Source of the DNA: Thermoleophilia bacterium
Lineage (GTDB): Bacteria > Actinomycetota > Thermoleophilia > Gaiellales > F1-60-MAGs149
Assembly: GCA_009694475.1 (NCBI GenBank)
Contig: SHUX01000003.1
Coordinates: 1-51,477 of the forward strand
Reading direction: 5' to 3'
Length of the DNA: 51,477 bases
Notes under the pieces: model-generated
Database searches by the model: none
What the model saw: the letters and a program-made list of their open reading frames with translations, nothing else
Told to the model about the DNA's origin: nothing
In this document: in pieces, positions 1 through 11,601 of the stretch
Numbering within the stretch: the first letter of the stretch is position 1
Layout of the letters: the number at the start of each line of letters is the position of its first letter
Made by a program: the position numbers and the translations under genes

Positions 1-612
1 CGTGACGATCTCGTGCGCGCCAAGCTGTGTCAGATACTCGGCCAGCTCTGGACGGCCAGTACTGGCCGCCACGGTATAGCCATTGCGCGACAACAGAGCG
101 ATCGCGACGGAGCCAACACCACCGGCGCCACCCGTAATCAACACGGGCTTATCACCACCCGGCTTGAGTCCCTGCTGCTCGAGCGCCATCAGCGCGAACA
201 TCGATGTCAGGCCAGCGGTGCCGACGGCCATCGCCTGGCGCGTCGTTATAGCCTCCGGTACCTGCACGAGCCAGTCGGCCCGAACGCGAGCGCGCTCGGC
301 AAATCCGCCCCAATAGCGTTCACCCATATGCCAGCCGGTCACGACGACCCGGTCGCCAACGGCGTAGCGATTATCGGTCGACGCCTCAACAACACCGGCC
401 AAGTCGATACCAGGAATGTGCGGAAACTTGCGCGCCAGACGCCCCTTGTTGCCGTCAACGACGAGGCCATCTTTGTAGTTAAGCGTCGAGTGCTCGATCC
501 GCACATCGACCTCGCCTTCGGGCAAGTCGGCGGCGGGCACGTCTTCGATCGCGGCGGCCACCTTGCCGTCCTCGGTCTCGCGCATCATCAGTGCTTTAAA
601 GGCGTCAGCCAT
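1..612 (-). CDS. acuI: MDR-family oxidoreductase, AcuI/YhdH-like (acrylyl-CoA reductase/quinone oxidoreductase); 3' end runs off the window
   Basis: Not in the ORF track. My own minus-strand translation from ATG at 612 gives MADAFKAL...STLNYKDGL...FPHIPGIDLAG...GTAGLT...VLITGGAGGVGSVAIALL...AASTGR, which are YhdH/AcuI motifs. GGGAG SD upstream. Confidence 0.85.
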   Translation of the reverse strand, partial: MADAFKALMMRETEDGKVAAAIEDVPAADLPEGEVDVRIEHSTLNYKDGLVVDGNKGRLARKFPHIPGIDLAGVVEASTDNRYAVGDRVVVTGWHMGERYWGGFAERARVRADWLVQVPEAITTRQAMAVGTAGLTSMFALMALEQQGLKPGGDKPVLITGGAGGVGSVAIALLSRNGYTVAASTGRPELAEYLTQLGAHEIVT

Positions 613-695
613 GTCTCGTTAGCTCCCAGTCGGTCTCGGTTGGAAGCCTACGTGCTGCGCTCACACGATGGCGCACGCGGTGACGTCCAGAGAAA

Positions 696-729
696 CGCAG
701 AAGGGGCGCCTGTGGGCGCCCCTTCTGCG
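696..729 (-). terminator. Intrinsic terminator downstream of nrdJ
   Basis: Perfect 15-bp stem CGCAGAAGGGGCGCC-TGTG-GGCGCCCCTTCTGCG, followed by TTTCTCT on the minus strand, about 20 nt after the nrdJ stop. Confidence 0.85.
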
Positions 730-751
730 AACCACAACTTCGCTCTGCGTG

Positions 752-4297
<3,546 letters not shown>

Positions 4298-4443
4298 CGT
4301 GTTCCTCCTGCTCCACCCCGCGGTGGCATGTACGAAATCTTAGTACCCGCTGACTCGCGGGGGACGACAAACTTAGCGCCCCCATCGGACAGACCCCCCG
4401 ACGTCGCGGTCTGTAACGGGATTGCTGCCACTACACTAACGCA

Positions 4444-5691
4444 GTGGACGTTGAGGAAACCCTCCGCACGATCGGTATTGTGCTCGCTGTCGGTCTGATC
4501 GCCTTTCCGATCGCACGTCTCTTGCGCCTGCCGAGCATGGTCGTTCTGGTCGCCGCCGGTATCGTGGTTGGTCCGCAACTGTTCGACATCGTCCGCGTGC
4601 CGATCGATGCGCCAGGCCCCTCCCTGCTCTTCTCGATCGGCGTGGCCCTGATCCTTTTTCACGGTGGAATGGGTATCTCGATACGCGTGATTTCGAAGAC
4701 CGCGATTGGGTTGCTCCTCCTCTCGATCCCTGGTGTCGCCATTACCGCCGCGATCACAGGTCTCGCAATTCAACCGCTGTTCGCTGTCACCTGGCCGATC
4801 GCCCTGATGGCCGGCGCCGCGTTGGCAGCAACCGATCCCGCAATCCTCGTGCCTCTGTTCGAGCGCCTTGGCCTCCGCCCGCGCGTGGCTCAGACGGTTA
4901 TCGCCGAGAGCGCAATCAACGACCCAATGGGCACGATCCTGACTCTAACGCTGTCCGCAATTGTGGTGGCTGGCGGCATGACGAACAGCGCCCTGTCAAC
5001 CAACGGACCGCTGGTGGAGTTTGCGCAGAGCATCGGCGTCGGCTTGGTAATCGGCGTCGTCGGAGGCGTGGTGATCGCCTTCCTCTTGTCGAACCATCGA
5101 CTGGGCGTGCTCCGCGAGTCGGCGGGCGCGACCCTGTTGGCCATGGTCGCGCTGGCCTACGCCACGAGTGAGGCGACCGGCGGATCGCCGTACCTAGCGG
5201 CCTTCGTCGCTGGCCTGATCGTTGGCAACAAAGAATTGCTGCGCATTGCCCACAACCGCGTGCAGGAGGAGGCGCTCGACACGTACGTCAGACAGACCGT
5301 CGACATCGTGGTGCTCGCAATCTTCGTCGTTCTCGGTCTCAATCTTGATGTGGGTGCGCTGGTCGACAACCTCTGGGCTGGACTGGCAGTGATGGTCGTC
5401 TTTATCTTTGTCGCCCGACCCATCACCGTCGCGATCTGCCTCGGCCTCGACCGTCGTGCCAACTGGACGCGGCAAGAGGCGGTCTTCGTTGTCTGGTGTC
5501 GAGAGACTGGCGTTGTCCCTGTCGCAATCGCCAGCATGCTGCTCGCCCAGCACGTACCCGGCGCGCCACTGGTCGCCACGCTCGTGACCTTTGCCGTCGT
5601 CACGACATTACTTTTGCAGGCGACCACCGCTGGCTGGCTGGCACGTCGTCTCGGGCTACTCGAGACCAAACCGCTCAACGCTGATCGCTAG
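4444..5691 (+). CDS. Cation:proton antiporter, CPA1/NhaP family
   Basis: Many hydrophobic segments; LFHGG, AATDPA, ESAINDP and FIFVARP motifs. TACACT -10 lies 6 nt before the GTG. Confidence 0.9.
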   Translation: MDVEETLRTIGIVLAVGLIAFPIARLLRLPSMVVLVAAGIVVGPQLFDIVRVPIDAPGPSLLFSIGVALILFHGGMGISIRVISKTAIGLLLLSIPGVAITAAITGLAIQPLFAVTWPIALMAGAALAATDPAILVPLFERLGLRPRVAQTVIAESAINDPMGTILTLTLSAIVVAGGMTNSALSTNGPLVEFAQSIGVGLVIGVVGGVVIAFLLSNHRLGVLRESAGATLLAMVALAYATSEATGGSPYLAAFVAGLIVGNKELLRIAHNRVQEEALDTYVRQTVDIVVLAIFVVLGLNLDVGALVDNLWAGLAVMVVFIFVARPITVAICLGLDRRANWTRQEAVFVVWCRETGVVPVAIASMLLAQHVPGAPLVATLVTFAVVTTLLLQATTAGWLARRLGLLETKPLNADR

Positions 5692-5867
5692 AGCGTGACT
5701 TTGACGCGTTGAGACTGGATCTGCGGATCTTCTGTGTTGTCGTTTGATACGAACACGGCGCGGAGAATGTATGTCGTGCCAGCCTTGAGCATGCCCTTTA
5801 TGGTCCAGGAGTACGTACCAGCATCGCCCCAACCCACACCAACCGGCGGCTCGGTCGTCCACTGCAC
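5688..5867 (-). pseudogene. Short ORF or C-terminal gene remnant (beta-rich, about 59 aa)
   Basis: Fills the gap with protein-like sequence (VQWTTEPP...YSWTIKG...TTYILRAVFV...RVKVTL). Its TAG overlaps the antiporter TAG (CTAG). No clear SD. Confidence 0.3.
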
Positions 5868-5886
5868 GATCGCGTTGTGGGAGCAG

Positions 5887-6822
5887 TTACTCGGCCGCGA
5901 GCGTCTGCAGCACGACACCCGCGCAATGAGCAATCAGAGCCGCCTCGGCGCCCGGCGTGGCATCCGCGATGTGCGGCGTCAGTACAACGTTCTGCAGTTC
6001 GCGCAGTGCGACCGGTACGCGCGGCTCATCACTAAAGACATCGAGCCCCGCACCACTAATACGTCGTTCGGCTAGGGCGTCGATCAGGGCGTCTTGATCG
6101 ATCACGCCTCCGCGCGCGGTGTTGATCACCACCGCCTCTGGGCGCAGGAGCCCAATCCGTTCACGCGTCAGGAGCCCACGCGTCTCGTCGGTCAGTGGGC
6201 AGTGCAGGCTGATCACATCGGCCCAGCCAAGGAGGTCGTCGAGGTCGCTGTGCTCGATGCGAAGATCGGCTTCACGCTCGGGCGTCAGACGCCGTGGTGT
6301 TGCGTAGCGCACGTCCATCGCAAACCCGTGTGCGCGTCGCACGAAGGCTTGCCCGATCGATCCGAGCCCGATCACACCGAGCCGCTTGCCGGAGATGTCG
6401 CCCGCCATCAAGGGCAGGTAGTTGTCGGTCTCCCAATCGCCGCGACGCACGAGTGCGTCGTTCTCGACGATGCGGTGTGTGACGGCGAGCAGGAGCGCCA
6501 TCGCGTGGTCGGCAACGGCCTCGGCATTGGCGCCGATCGGCCAGGCGAAGGCAACGCCTCGACGCTTTAGACATTCGAGGTCGATGCCGTCGACACCGAC
6601 ACCAAAGTTGACGACGCACCGCAGCGCCGGCATGTGGTCGAGCAGGTCGTCGTCGATCTGCTCGCCAAACGTCCAGATCCCCCACGTTCGTTCGAGATCC
6701 TCTGGCGACGTCGGTGGCAAGACGGGACCATCGAGGAAGCGCACGTCACAGCGCTCGAGCACCTCGTCCATCAGGCCGCCGGCCAGGCGGTAGCGGACCA
6801 GTAGCAGTGGCTTAGGCGACAT
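5887..6822 (-). CDS. D-isomer-specific 2-hydroxyacid dehydrogenase (GhrB/glyoxylate reductase-like)
   Basis: Motifs GVGVDGID, LGVIGLGSIG, ISLHCPLT, INTARGG, AGLDVF and LTPHIA. Start trimmed to the ATG at 6822, which overlaps the end of the upstream gene. Confidence 0.9.
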   Translation of the reverse strand: MSPKPLLLVRYRLAGGLMDEVLERCDVRFLDGPVLPPTSPEDLERTWGIWTFGEQIDDDLLDHMPALRCVVNFGVGVDGIDLECLKRRGVAFAWPIGANAEAVADHAMALLLAVTHRIVENDALVRRGDWETDNYLPLMAGDISGKRLGVIGLGSIGQAFVRRAHGFAMDVRYATPRRLTPEREADLRIEHSDLDDLLGWADVISLHCPLTDETRGLLTRERIGLLRPEAVVINTARGGVIDQDALIDALAERRISGAGLDVFSDEPRVPVALRELQNVVLTPHIADATPGAEAALIAHCAGVVLQTLAAE

Positions 6823-7732
6823 CACTCTCGATATCCGCGACGAGGCGATCAAAATCGGGTCCGTCAAATTCGAGCGTGGCGCGATCATGCTTGTCCATCT
6901 GCCACTCCCAAAAATCAAAGTCGATGTCGGAGAGGTTGTGCTGGATGACACCCCACAGCGTCCAACCGTATTTCGACATCAGTCCCCACATGCGGGCGCG
7001 AGCGATCTTGGCGGCTGTCGCCTCGCCCCAATAGGCCGCGACGAGTCGTTCGAGTTGCGTCAGAGAGAGGTCGGATTCGCTCCAGACATTGCCGAGCTCG
7101 AACGACGCCTCGTTCATCCCGGAGTACTCCCAGTCGATCAGGCGGAAGCGCGTGCCATCCCAGAGGAAGTTCTCGGCCAGCAGGTCGTTGTTACAGGGCA
7201 CGAGCGCCTCGGGGTTGAGTCGCATTGCCTGCTCCAGGCGGCGCACCTTGGGCTCGAACTCGTCGTAGCGGTCGGGCAGCGCGAAGCCACGCTGTCTACA
7301 GACCTCGCGGTAGCCACGCTGGATGGCGAACATGTCGAAGGGGTCGCGAAACACGGGACCTGCATGCAGCGTGCGAATCGCAGCGGCCGCATCGTCGAGC
7401 CGGTCTCCACGCTGCATCGTCTCGCGGGACATCGTCTCGGTGTCCTCGAGGAACTCCAGCACGAGCATGCTGTTTTCTGGCTGGTACTCGATCACGCCCG
7501 CGCCGACTCCCGATGCAGCCGCTGCGACCGAGTTGATGTGCTCGTTATCACGATCAATTGCCAGCAGACCGGTGTCGGGGTCAGAAATCCGCACAACGAA
7601 CGACCCAACGCCACTATCGACCTTGAAGTTGTGGTTGGTCAGGCCGCCGGCGAGCAATGTCACCGTGCGAGGGCCGCGCAACGCCGCCACGCCGTCGAAG
7701 AGTTCTGCCAGCCGAGTATTGTCGAGTTCCAT
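6812..7732 (-). CDS. Choline/ethanolamine kinase-family (APH-like) phosphotransferase
   Basis: GGLTNHNF N-terminal motif, Brenner-like CNNDLLAENFL and LIDWEYS. Confidence 0.85.
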   Translation of the reverse strand: MELDNTRLAELFDGVAALRGPRTVTLLAGGLTNHNFKVDSGVGSFVVRISDPDTGLLAIDRDNEHINSVAAAASGVGAGVIEYQPENSMLVLEFLEDTETMSRETMQRGDRLDDAAAAIRTLHAGPVFRDPFDMFAIQRGYREVCRQRGFALPDRYDEFEPKVRRLEQAMRLNPEALVPCNNDLLAENFLWDGTRFRLIDWEYSGMNEASFELGNVWSESDLSLTQLERLVAAYWGEATAAKIARARMWGLMSKYGWTLWGVIQHNLSDIDFDFWEWQMDKHDRATLEFDGPDFDRLVADIESDVA

Positions 7733-7784
7733 CCCGTTCTCCCGCTCGGATCGGGAGCGTAACCGACGACGCTAGTCTGCAGTG

Positions 7785-8267
7785 ATGGAGCTCGGCTGGA
7801 GGCACTGGTTGCCCACGCCCCTCGTGGGCATCCTCGAGACGCTCGCTGCGTCCGACACGCGTCGCCGCAAGGCCTTCGCTGCTCTGACAGATGCACAAGA
7901 CCACTTTGCACTGATGGAATGGGAGCGGTTTCGGCTCGTCGCACCTTCCCGCGTCGATGTGCCTGCACTCCCATCCGATCTCGATGCCGAGCAGGCAATC
8001 GCTCTGCTGGAGGGCCTTGGCCTCGTCGCAGGCGATCCACCTCGGGCCGTTGCCAACCCCGATCCAGTCGAGACCGTACTGACGCTGGACAATGACGACG
8101 TCCGCGAACTCGAACGGTTGCGTTCGGCAACGGAGGTCGGTGCCATCAGCACACCGACAGAGGCGCTACCGAATCTTGGCGCGCAATTTGGTGGCGCCAA
8201 GGTCGGCCGTAACGATCCCTGTCCGTGTGGCTCTGGTCGTAAGTTCAAAAAATGTCACGGGGCATAG
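7785..8267 (+). CDS. SEC-C zinc-binding motif protein with an unrecognised N-terminal region
   Basis: C-terminal [27 protein letters not shown] -10 lies 6 nt before the ATG at 7785. Confidence 0.85.
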   Translation: MELGWRHWLPTPLVGILETLAASDTRRRKAFAALTDAQDHFALMEWERFRLVAPSRVDVPALPSDLDAEQAIALLEGLGLVAGDPPRAVANPDPVETVLTLDNDDVRELERLRSATEVGAISTPTEALPNLGAQFGGAKVGRNDPCPCGSGRKFKKCHGA

Positions 8268-8293
8268 ACCCCCACTCGATCGAGGGGGCGCGC

Positions 8294-9370
8294 TTAGCCC
8301 AGGACGCGCTTGCCGAAGGCGAAGTTGTCTTTGTAATAGCCCGTGTCCCAACGAGCCAAGGCGATACCTTGCCCGGACGACTGAATGAACAGCTGCGGCG
8401 AGATCGTCATGCCGGTATGACCAATGCTGCCCGACGGCGCGTTGACGCCACCGCGACCGAACAGCATCACGTCACCTGGCAGCATCTGCTCTGCAGTTAG
8501 GCGCTGCGCAGCCGGGGTCTTACCGGCCATCTCGTACGTGGTGCGGCCGCCGAGCGCCTTGGCCACGGTGGTTGGCGAGGTCGGGTCGAGGGCCAACACG
8601 CGCCACAAGAAGCCCGAGCAATCGAATCCGCCAGCCGTGTTGAATCCGAACAGGATCTGCGGCTTCTCAGACGTGCCACCCCAGATGTAGGGCATACCAA
8701 TAAAGTCGAAGGCGCGCTGTACGGCGTCGTGCTGCGGGCCAGCCGTGACCGGCAGGGTCGCAAGCAATTCGACGGTGTCGATCGCGCCCTGCTTCTCCCA
8801 GCCACCCCACTTCAAGACCTGGGCTGTGCTCCAAATCGCGTCACCACGCGAGGCCTGCTCGTACCAGGCGTGTTCCTTGCTGTCGTCGGCCTGGTCGAGG
8901 TTCGTGCGCAACCGTAGAAGCCGAGCGACGATTTCGTACCCGACACCCGGCCGCGCCACGTAGCCAGCAGCGGTAATCAACTCCTCCGCGCGCACCGCGG
9001 TCGCGTCGAGACCAGCGGCCGAAACGAACGCGGCGTCAACATCACCCATCGTGACCGTCTGTCCGGCAGCGATCTGGCGTACCTTCTTGGCGTTGTTCGG
9101 GAAGGCCACCGCTACGAATGCCGCCAACGACGGCCCGTCGAGCGCGTCATCAGGTGCGATCGTGTCGCGCGTCACACCAGGGAAGGCTCCGGTCGAGAGC
9201 ACGGTCACGATCGAACTACTCACCCAACTGCGTACGGCCGGCGCCAGCACAACTGCGGCAGCAGGCCTTTTCTTCTTTTTCTTCTTTTGCTTCGCATCGG
9301 CAACCCCCGTCGTGGCAACGAGAGCCATCAACAGAAGGGCGACGATTTTGGTGATGCGGGTGTAAGTCAT
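8294..9370 (-). CDS. Secreted NlpC/P60 cell-wall peptidase
   Basis: Signal peptide (…VADA); PYIWGG, GFDCSGF (catalytic Cys) and GHTGM (His). GGAG SD. Confidence 0.9.
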   Translation of the reverse strand: MTYTRITKIVALLLMALVATTGVADAKQKKKKKKRPAAAVVLAPAVRSWVSSSIVTVLSTGAFPGVTRDTIAPDDALDGPSLAAFVAVAFPNNAKKVRQIAAGQTVTMGDVDAAFVSAAGLDATAVRAEELITAAGYVARPGVGYEIVARLLRLRTNLDQADDSKEHAWYEQASRGDAIWSTAQVLKWGGWEKQGAIDTVELLATLPVTAGPQHDAVQRAFDFIGMPYIWGGTSEKPQILFGFNTAGGFDCSGFLWRVLALDPTSPTTVAKALGGRTTYEMAGKTPAAQRLTAEQMLPGDVMLFGRGGVNAPSGSIGHTGMTISPQLFIQSSGQGIALARWDTGYYKDNFAFGKRVLG

Positions 9371-9668
9371 TGCTCCACTCGACCGTTAGGGGTCTATCCG
9401 TCATCCTGAGTCTTTGCATCTCAGGTACGGATCGAGACTCTATGCAAACCCCAGTCTACACGCAAGCTCGTAGGCGTTGCGTTTTTGTAAAACCCTCCAG
9501 TTACACTTTAGGCACTCACCAGTTTTTGGCTCTAAATAGGGAAATAATTGCGAAATTTTGCGTGTAACGGATGCGTTACGACGGCGCCGATTCCGGCCAA
9601 AACCCTCAACCTAAGCAGTAGGTATGTCAGATTTAGGGTTACTCTAGACTCTCTGTGCTACCTGAGAG

Positions 9669-10424
9669 TTAGCGGCTCGCTGCAAGCAGCGCGGCAAGTT
9701 GCGTGGGATCGTCCAGTAGTGCCCGACCGACCACGGCACCGACGCAACCGAGTGCACGCGTCGCCTGCACGTCGACGGCCGTCGTAACTCCCCCAGCGGC
9801 GATCACGCCGCAGGCTCCCCCAACGGTGTCGATCACGGCCTGCAGGAGTTCCAGGTCTGGACCACCGAGCGACCCATCGCGATCGATACCCGTCACCAGA
9901 AGCGTCTTGACTCCCTGTCCGGCGAGCCTGGCTGCAGCCTCGGCCACCCCGACACCAGCGTCCTCGACCCAGCCACCGATGCGAACCATGCCACCACGAC
10001 TATCGAGTGCCACGGCAATTTGCTCGTCATACTCGCTCAGTAGCTCTGCCAGCTTCTCGGGATCACGGAAAGCGAGAGTTCCAAGCAGAACACGATCGAC
10101 GCCCTGCTCGAGCAGGTTGCCGATGGCGGCAGGCGTCCGCAGGCCACCACCAACCTGGAGCAGGCTGCCAGCTGGTCGGTTGCGGGCCGCCTGCGCAATG
10201 ATCGACGTGTTGGGCTCAGCCGGAACGCCAGTGCGAGCTGCGTCGAGATCGATCACGTGCAGCGCCAAAGCGCCTGCCGCCCAAATTGCCTCGATACGAC
10301 CGAGCGCGTCGTCATCATCGCTTGTCAGCAGGGCGGAGAAGTCTCCTTGGGCGAGGCGTACGGCCTTACCGTCGATTAGATCGATGGCCGGATAGAGCAG
10401 AAAGGAATTGCGAAGATTACTCAT
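9669..10424 (-). CDS. hisA: ProFAR isomerase HisA
   Basis: LYPAIDLIDGKAVRLAQGD, LHVIDLDAA, QVGGGLR, TGIDRDG and IAAGGV motifs. Confidence 0.93.
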   Translation of the reverse strand: MSNLRNSFLLYPAIDLIDGKAVRLAQGDFSALLTSDDDDALGRIEAIWAAGALALHVIDLDAARTGVPAEPNTSIIAQAARNRPAGSLLQVGGGLRTPAAIGNLLEQGVDRVLLGTLAFRDPEKLAELLSEYDEQIAVALDSRGGMVRIGGWVEDAGVGVAEAAARLAGQGVKTLLVTGIDRDGSLGGPDLELLQAVIDTVGGACGVIAAGGVTTAVDVQATRALGCVGAVVGRALLDDPTQLAALLAASR

Positions 10425-10443
10425 TGTGCTAACATGCTAACAC
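10408..10443 (+). promoter_or_regulatory. his operon promoter (TTGCGA -35; extended TGC-TAACAT -10) overlapped by a putative TrpR/HisR-type operator GTGCTAACATGCTAACAC (10426-10443)
   Basis: Lies in the 20-bp divergent gap. The operator is a 14/18 pseudo-palindrome and an 8-bp tandem repeat (TGCTAACA x2), adjacent to a TrpR-like gene. Confidence 0.6.
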
Positions 10444-10444
10444 G

Positions 10445-10747
10445 ATGAGACAAACAGACAGCTCCCTCTGGCGCACACCTGCCGTAGAACAGCTCGCCAC
10501 CGCCCTTGTAGAAATCGATGATCAGGAGTTGATGCTGGCCTTCCTCCGCGATGTATGTTCGTTCAACGAGCTCGCGACGCTCGCTCAAAGACTCGAGGTC
10601 GCGCGGCTTGTCGACGCCGGCGCCTCCTATTCGGAGATTGCCCGCGAGCTTGGAGCCTCCACCGCCACCGTCACACGCGTCGCTCAGTGGCTGAGGCATG
10701 GTGAGGGCGGATATCGCGTCGTCCTCGATCGAGCCAAAGCCAAATGA
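10445..10747 (+). CDS. YerC/YecD-family TrpR-like transcriptional repressor (HisR-like)
   Basis: FLRDVCSFNELATLAQRLEVARL...SYSEIARELGASTATVTRVAQWLRHGEGGY is the YerC/TrpR signature. First gene of the his operon. Confidence 0.9.
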   Translation: MRQTDSSLWRTPAVEQLATALVEIDDQELMLAFLRDVCSFNELATLAQRLEVARLVDAGASYSEIARELGASTATVTRVAQWLRHGEGGYRVVLDRAKAK

Positions 10748-11601
10748 CACTCCCCCTCCGCATCGCGGTCCCGTCCAAGGGTCGACTGGCCTCGCCCACC
10801 ACGCAGTTGCTGCGCGATGCAGGCATCGCCGTTCCCGGCGACGATCGGCGCCTTTTGGTACCCGTCGAGGAACAGGGCATCGAGATCCTGCTCGCCCGCA
10901 CCGACGACATCCCCACGCTGATTCGCGATGGCGCTGCAGATATCGGTGTGGCTGGTTGTAATCAACTGCTCGAACACGGCTCCGACGGCATCGAGACATT
11001 GGTTGAGCTTGGCTTCGGTGCCTGCCGCCTTGTCCTGGCTGTGCCGAACGCCTCGACCATCACCTCCAGCGCGCTCCTGTCCGGCTCGCGCATCGCGACC
11101 TCTCACCCGAATGTCCTGGCTGCCTACCTCGAGGCTAACGCAATCGCAGCATCCGTCGTGACGCTCTCGGGTTCGATCGAGCTCGCCCCCACGATTGGCG
11201 CAGCAGATGCCATCTGCGATCTTGTTTCGACCGGTGAGACGCTGCGTCAGAACTCGCTGCGGATGATCGGTGAGGTTATGCGATCGCAGGCTGTCTTGCT
11301 GGCACGTGTCCAGACGACACCCGATCCGCGCATCGCCGTGTTACAGACCGCCGTCGAGTCGGTGTTGGCCGCACGACCGAAGCGCTATCTGATGCTCAAC
11401 GCGCCTGACGCTGCACTCGATGCGATCATCGCTCTGCTGCCTGGACTCGATGCTCCGACGATTTTACCGCTCGCACGCACCGACATGCATGCCGTTCACG
11501 CCGTTGTCGATGCTGCAGAACTTCCCCGACTGCTTCATCCTCTCAAGGAGGCCGGAGCCTCTGGCCTCCTCGTTCTGCCGATTGAGCATCTGATCCCATG
11601 A
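10744..11601 (+). CDS. hisG: ATP phosphoribosyltransferase (long form)
   Basis: LRIAVPSKGRL and LSGSIELAPTIGAADAICDLVSTGETLRQN motifs; C-terminal regulatory domain. Confidence 0.95.
   Translation: MTLPLRIAVPSKGRLASPTTQLLRDAGIAVPGDDRRLLVPVEEQGIEILLARTDDIPTLIRDGAADIGVAGCNQLLEHGSDGIETLVELGFGACRLVLAVPNASTITSSALLSGSRIATSHPNVLAAYLEANAIAASVVTLSGSIELAPTIGAADAICDLVSTGETLRQNSLRMIGEVMRSQAVLLARVQTTPDPRIAVLQTAVESVLAARPKRYLMLNAPDAALDAIIALLPGLDAPTILPLARTDMHAVHAVVDAAELPRLLHPLKEAGASGLLVLPIEHLIP

Noticed and set aside
4298-4443. Cobalamin riboswitch or NrdR boxes upstream of nrdJ
   Set aside because: The CTGTAA...GCCACT fragments are on the wrong strand and lack the B12 box. The imperfect palindrome GTACGAAATCTTAGTAC (4330-4346) only loosely fits the NrdR consensus and has no tandem partner.
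8269-8288. Terminator between the convergent SEC-C and NlpC/P60 genes
   Set aside because: Short bulged hairpin without a U-tract; plausible but too weak to call.
9371-9668. c-di-AMP (ydaO) riboswitch ahead of NlpC/P60
   Set aside because: The conserved elements (GGGGAACC, GAACCCG.CAGCTAAC) are not present on the coding strand.
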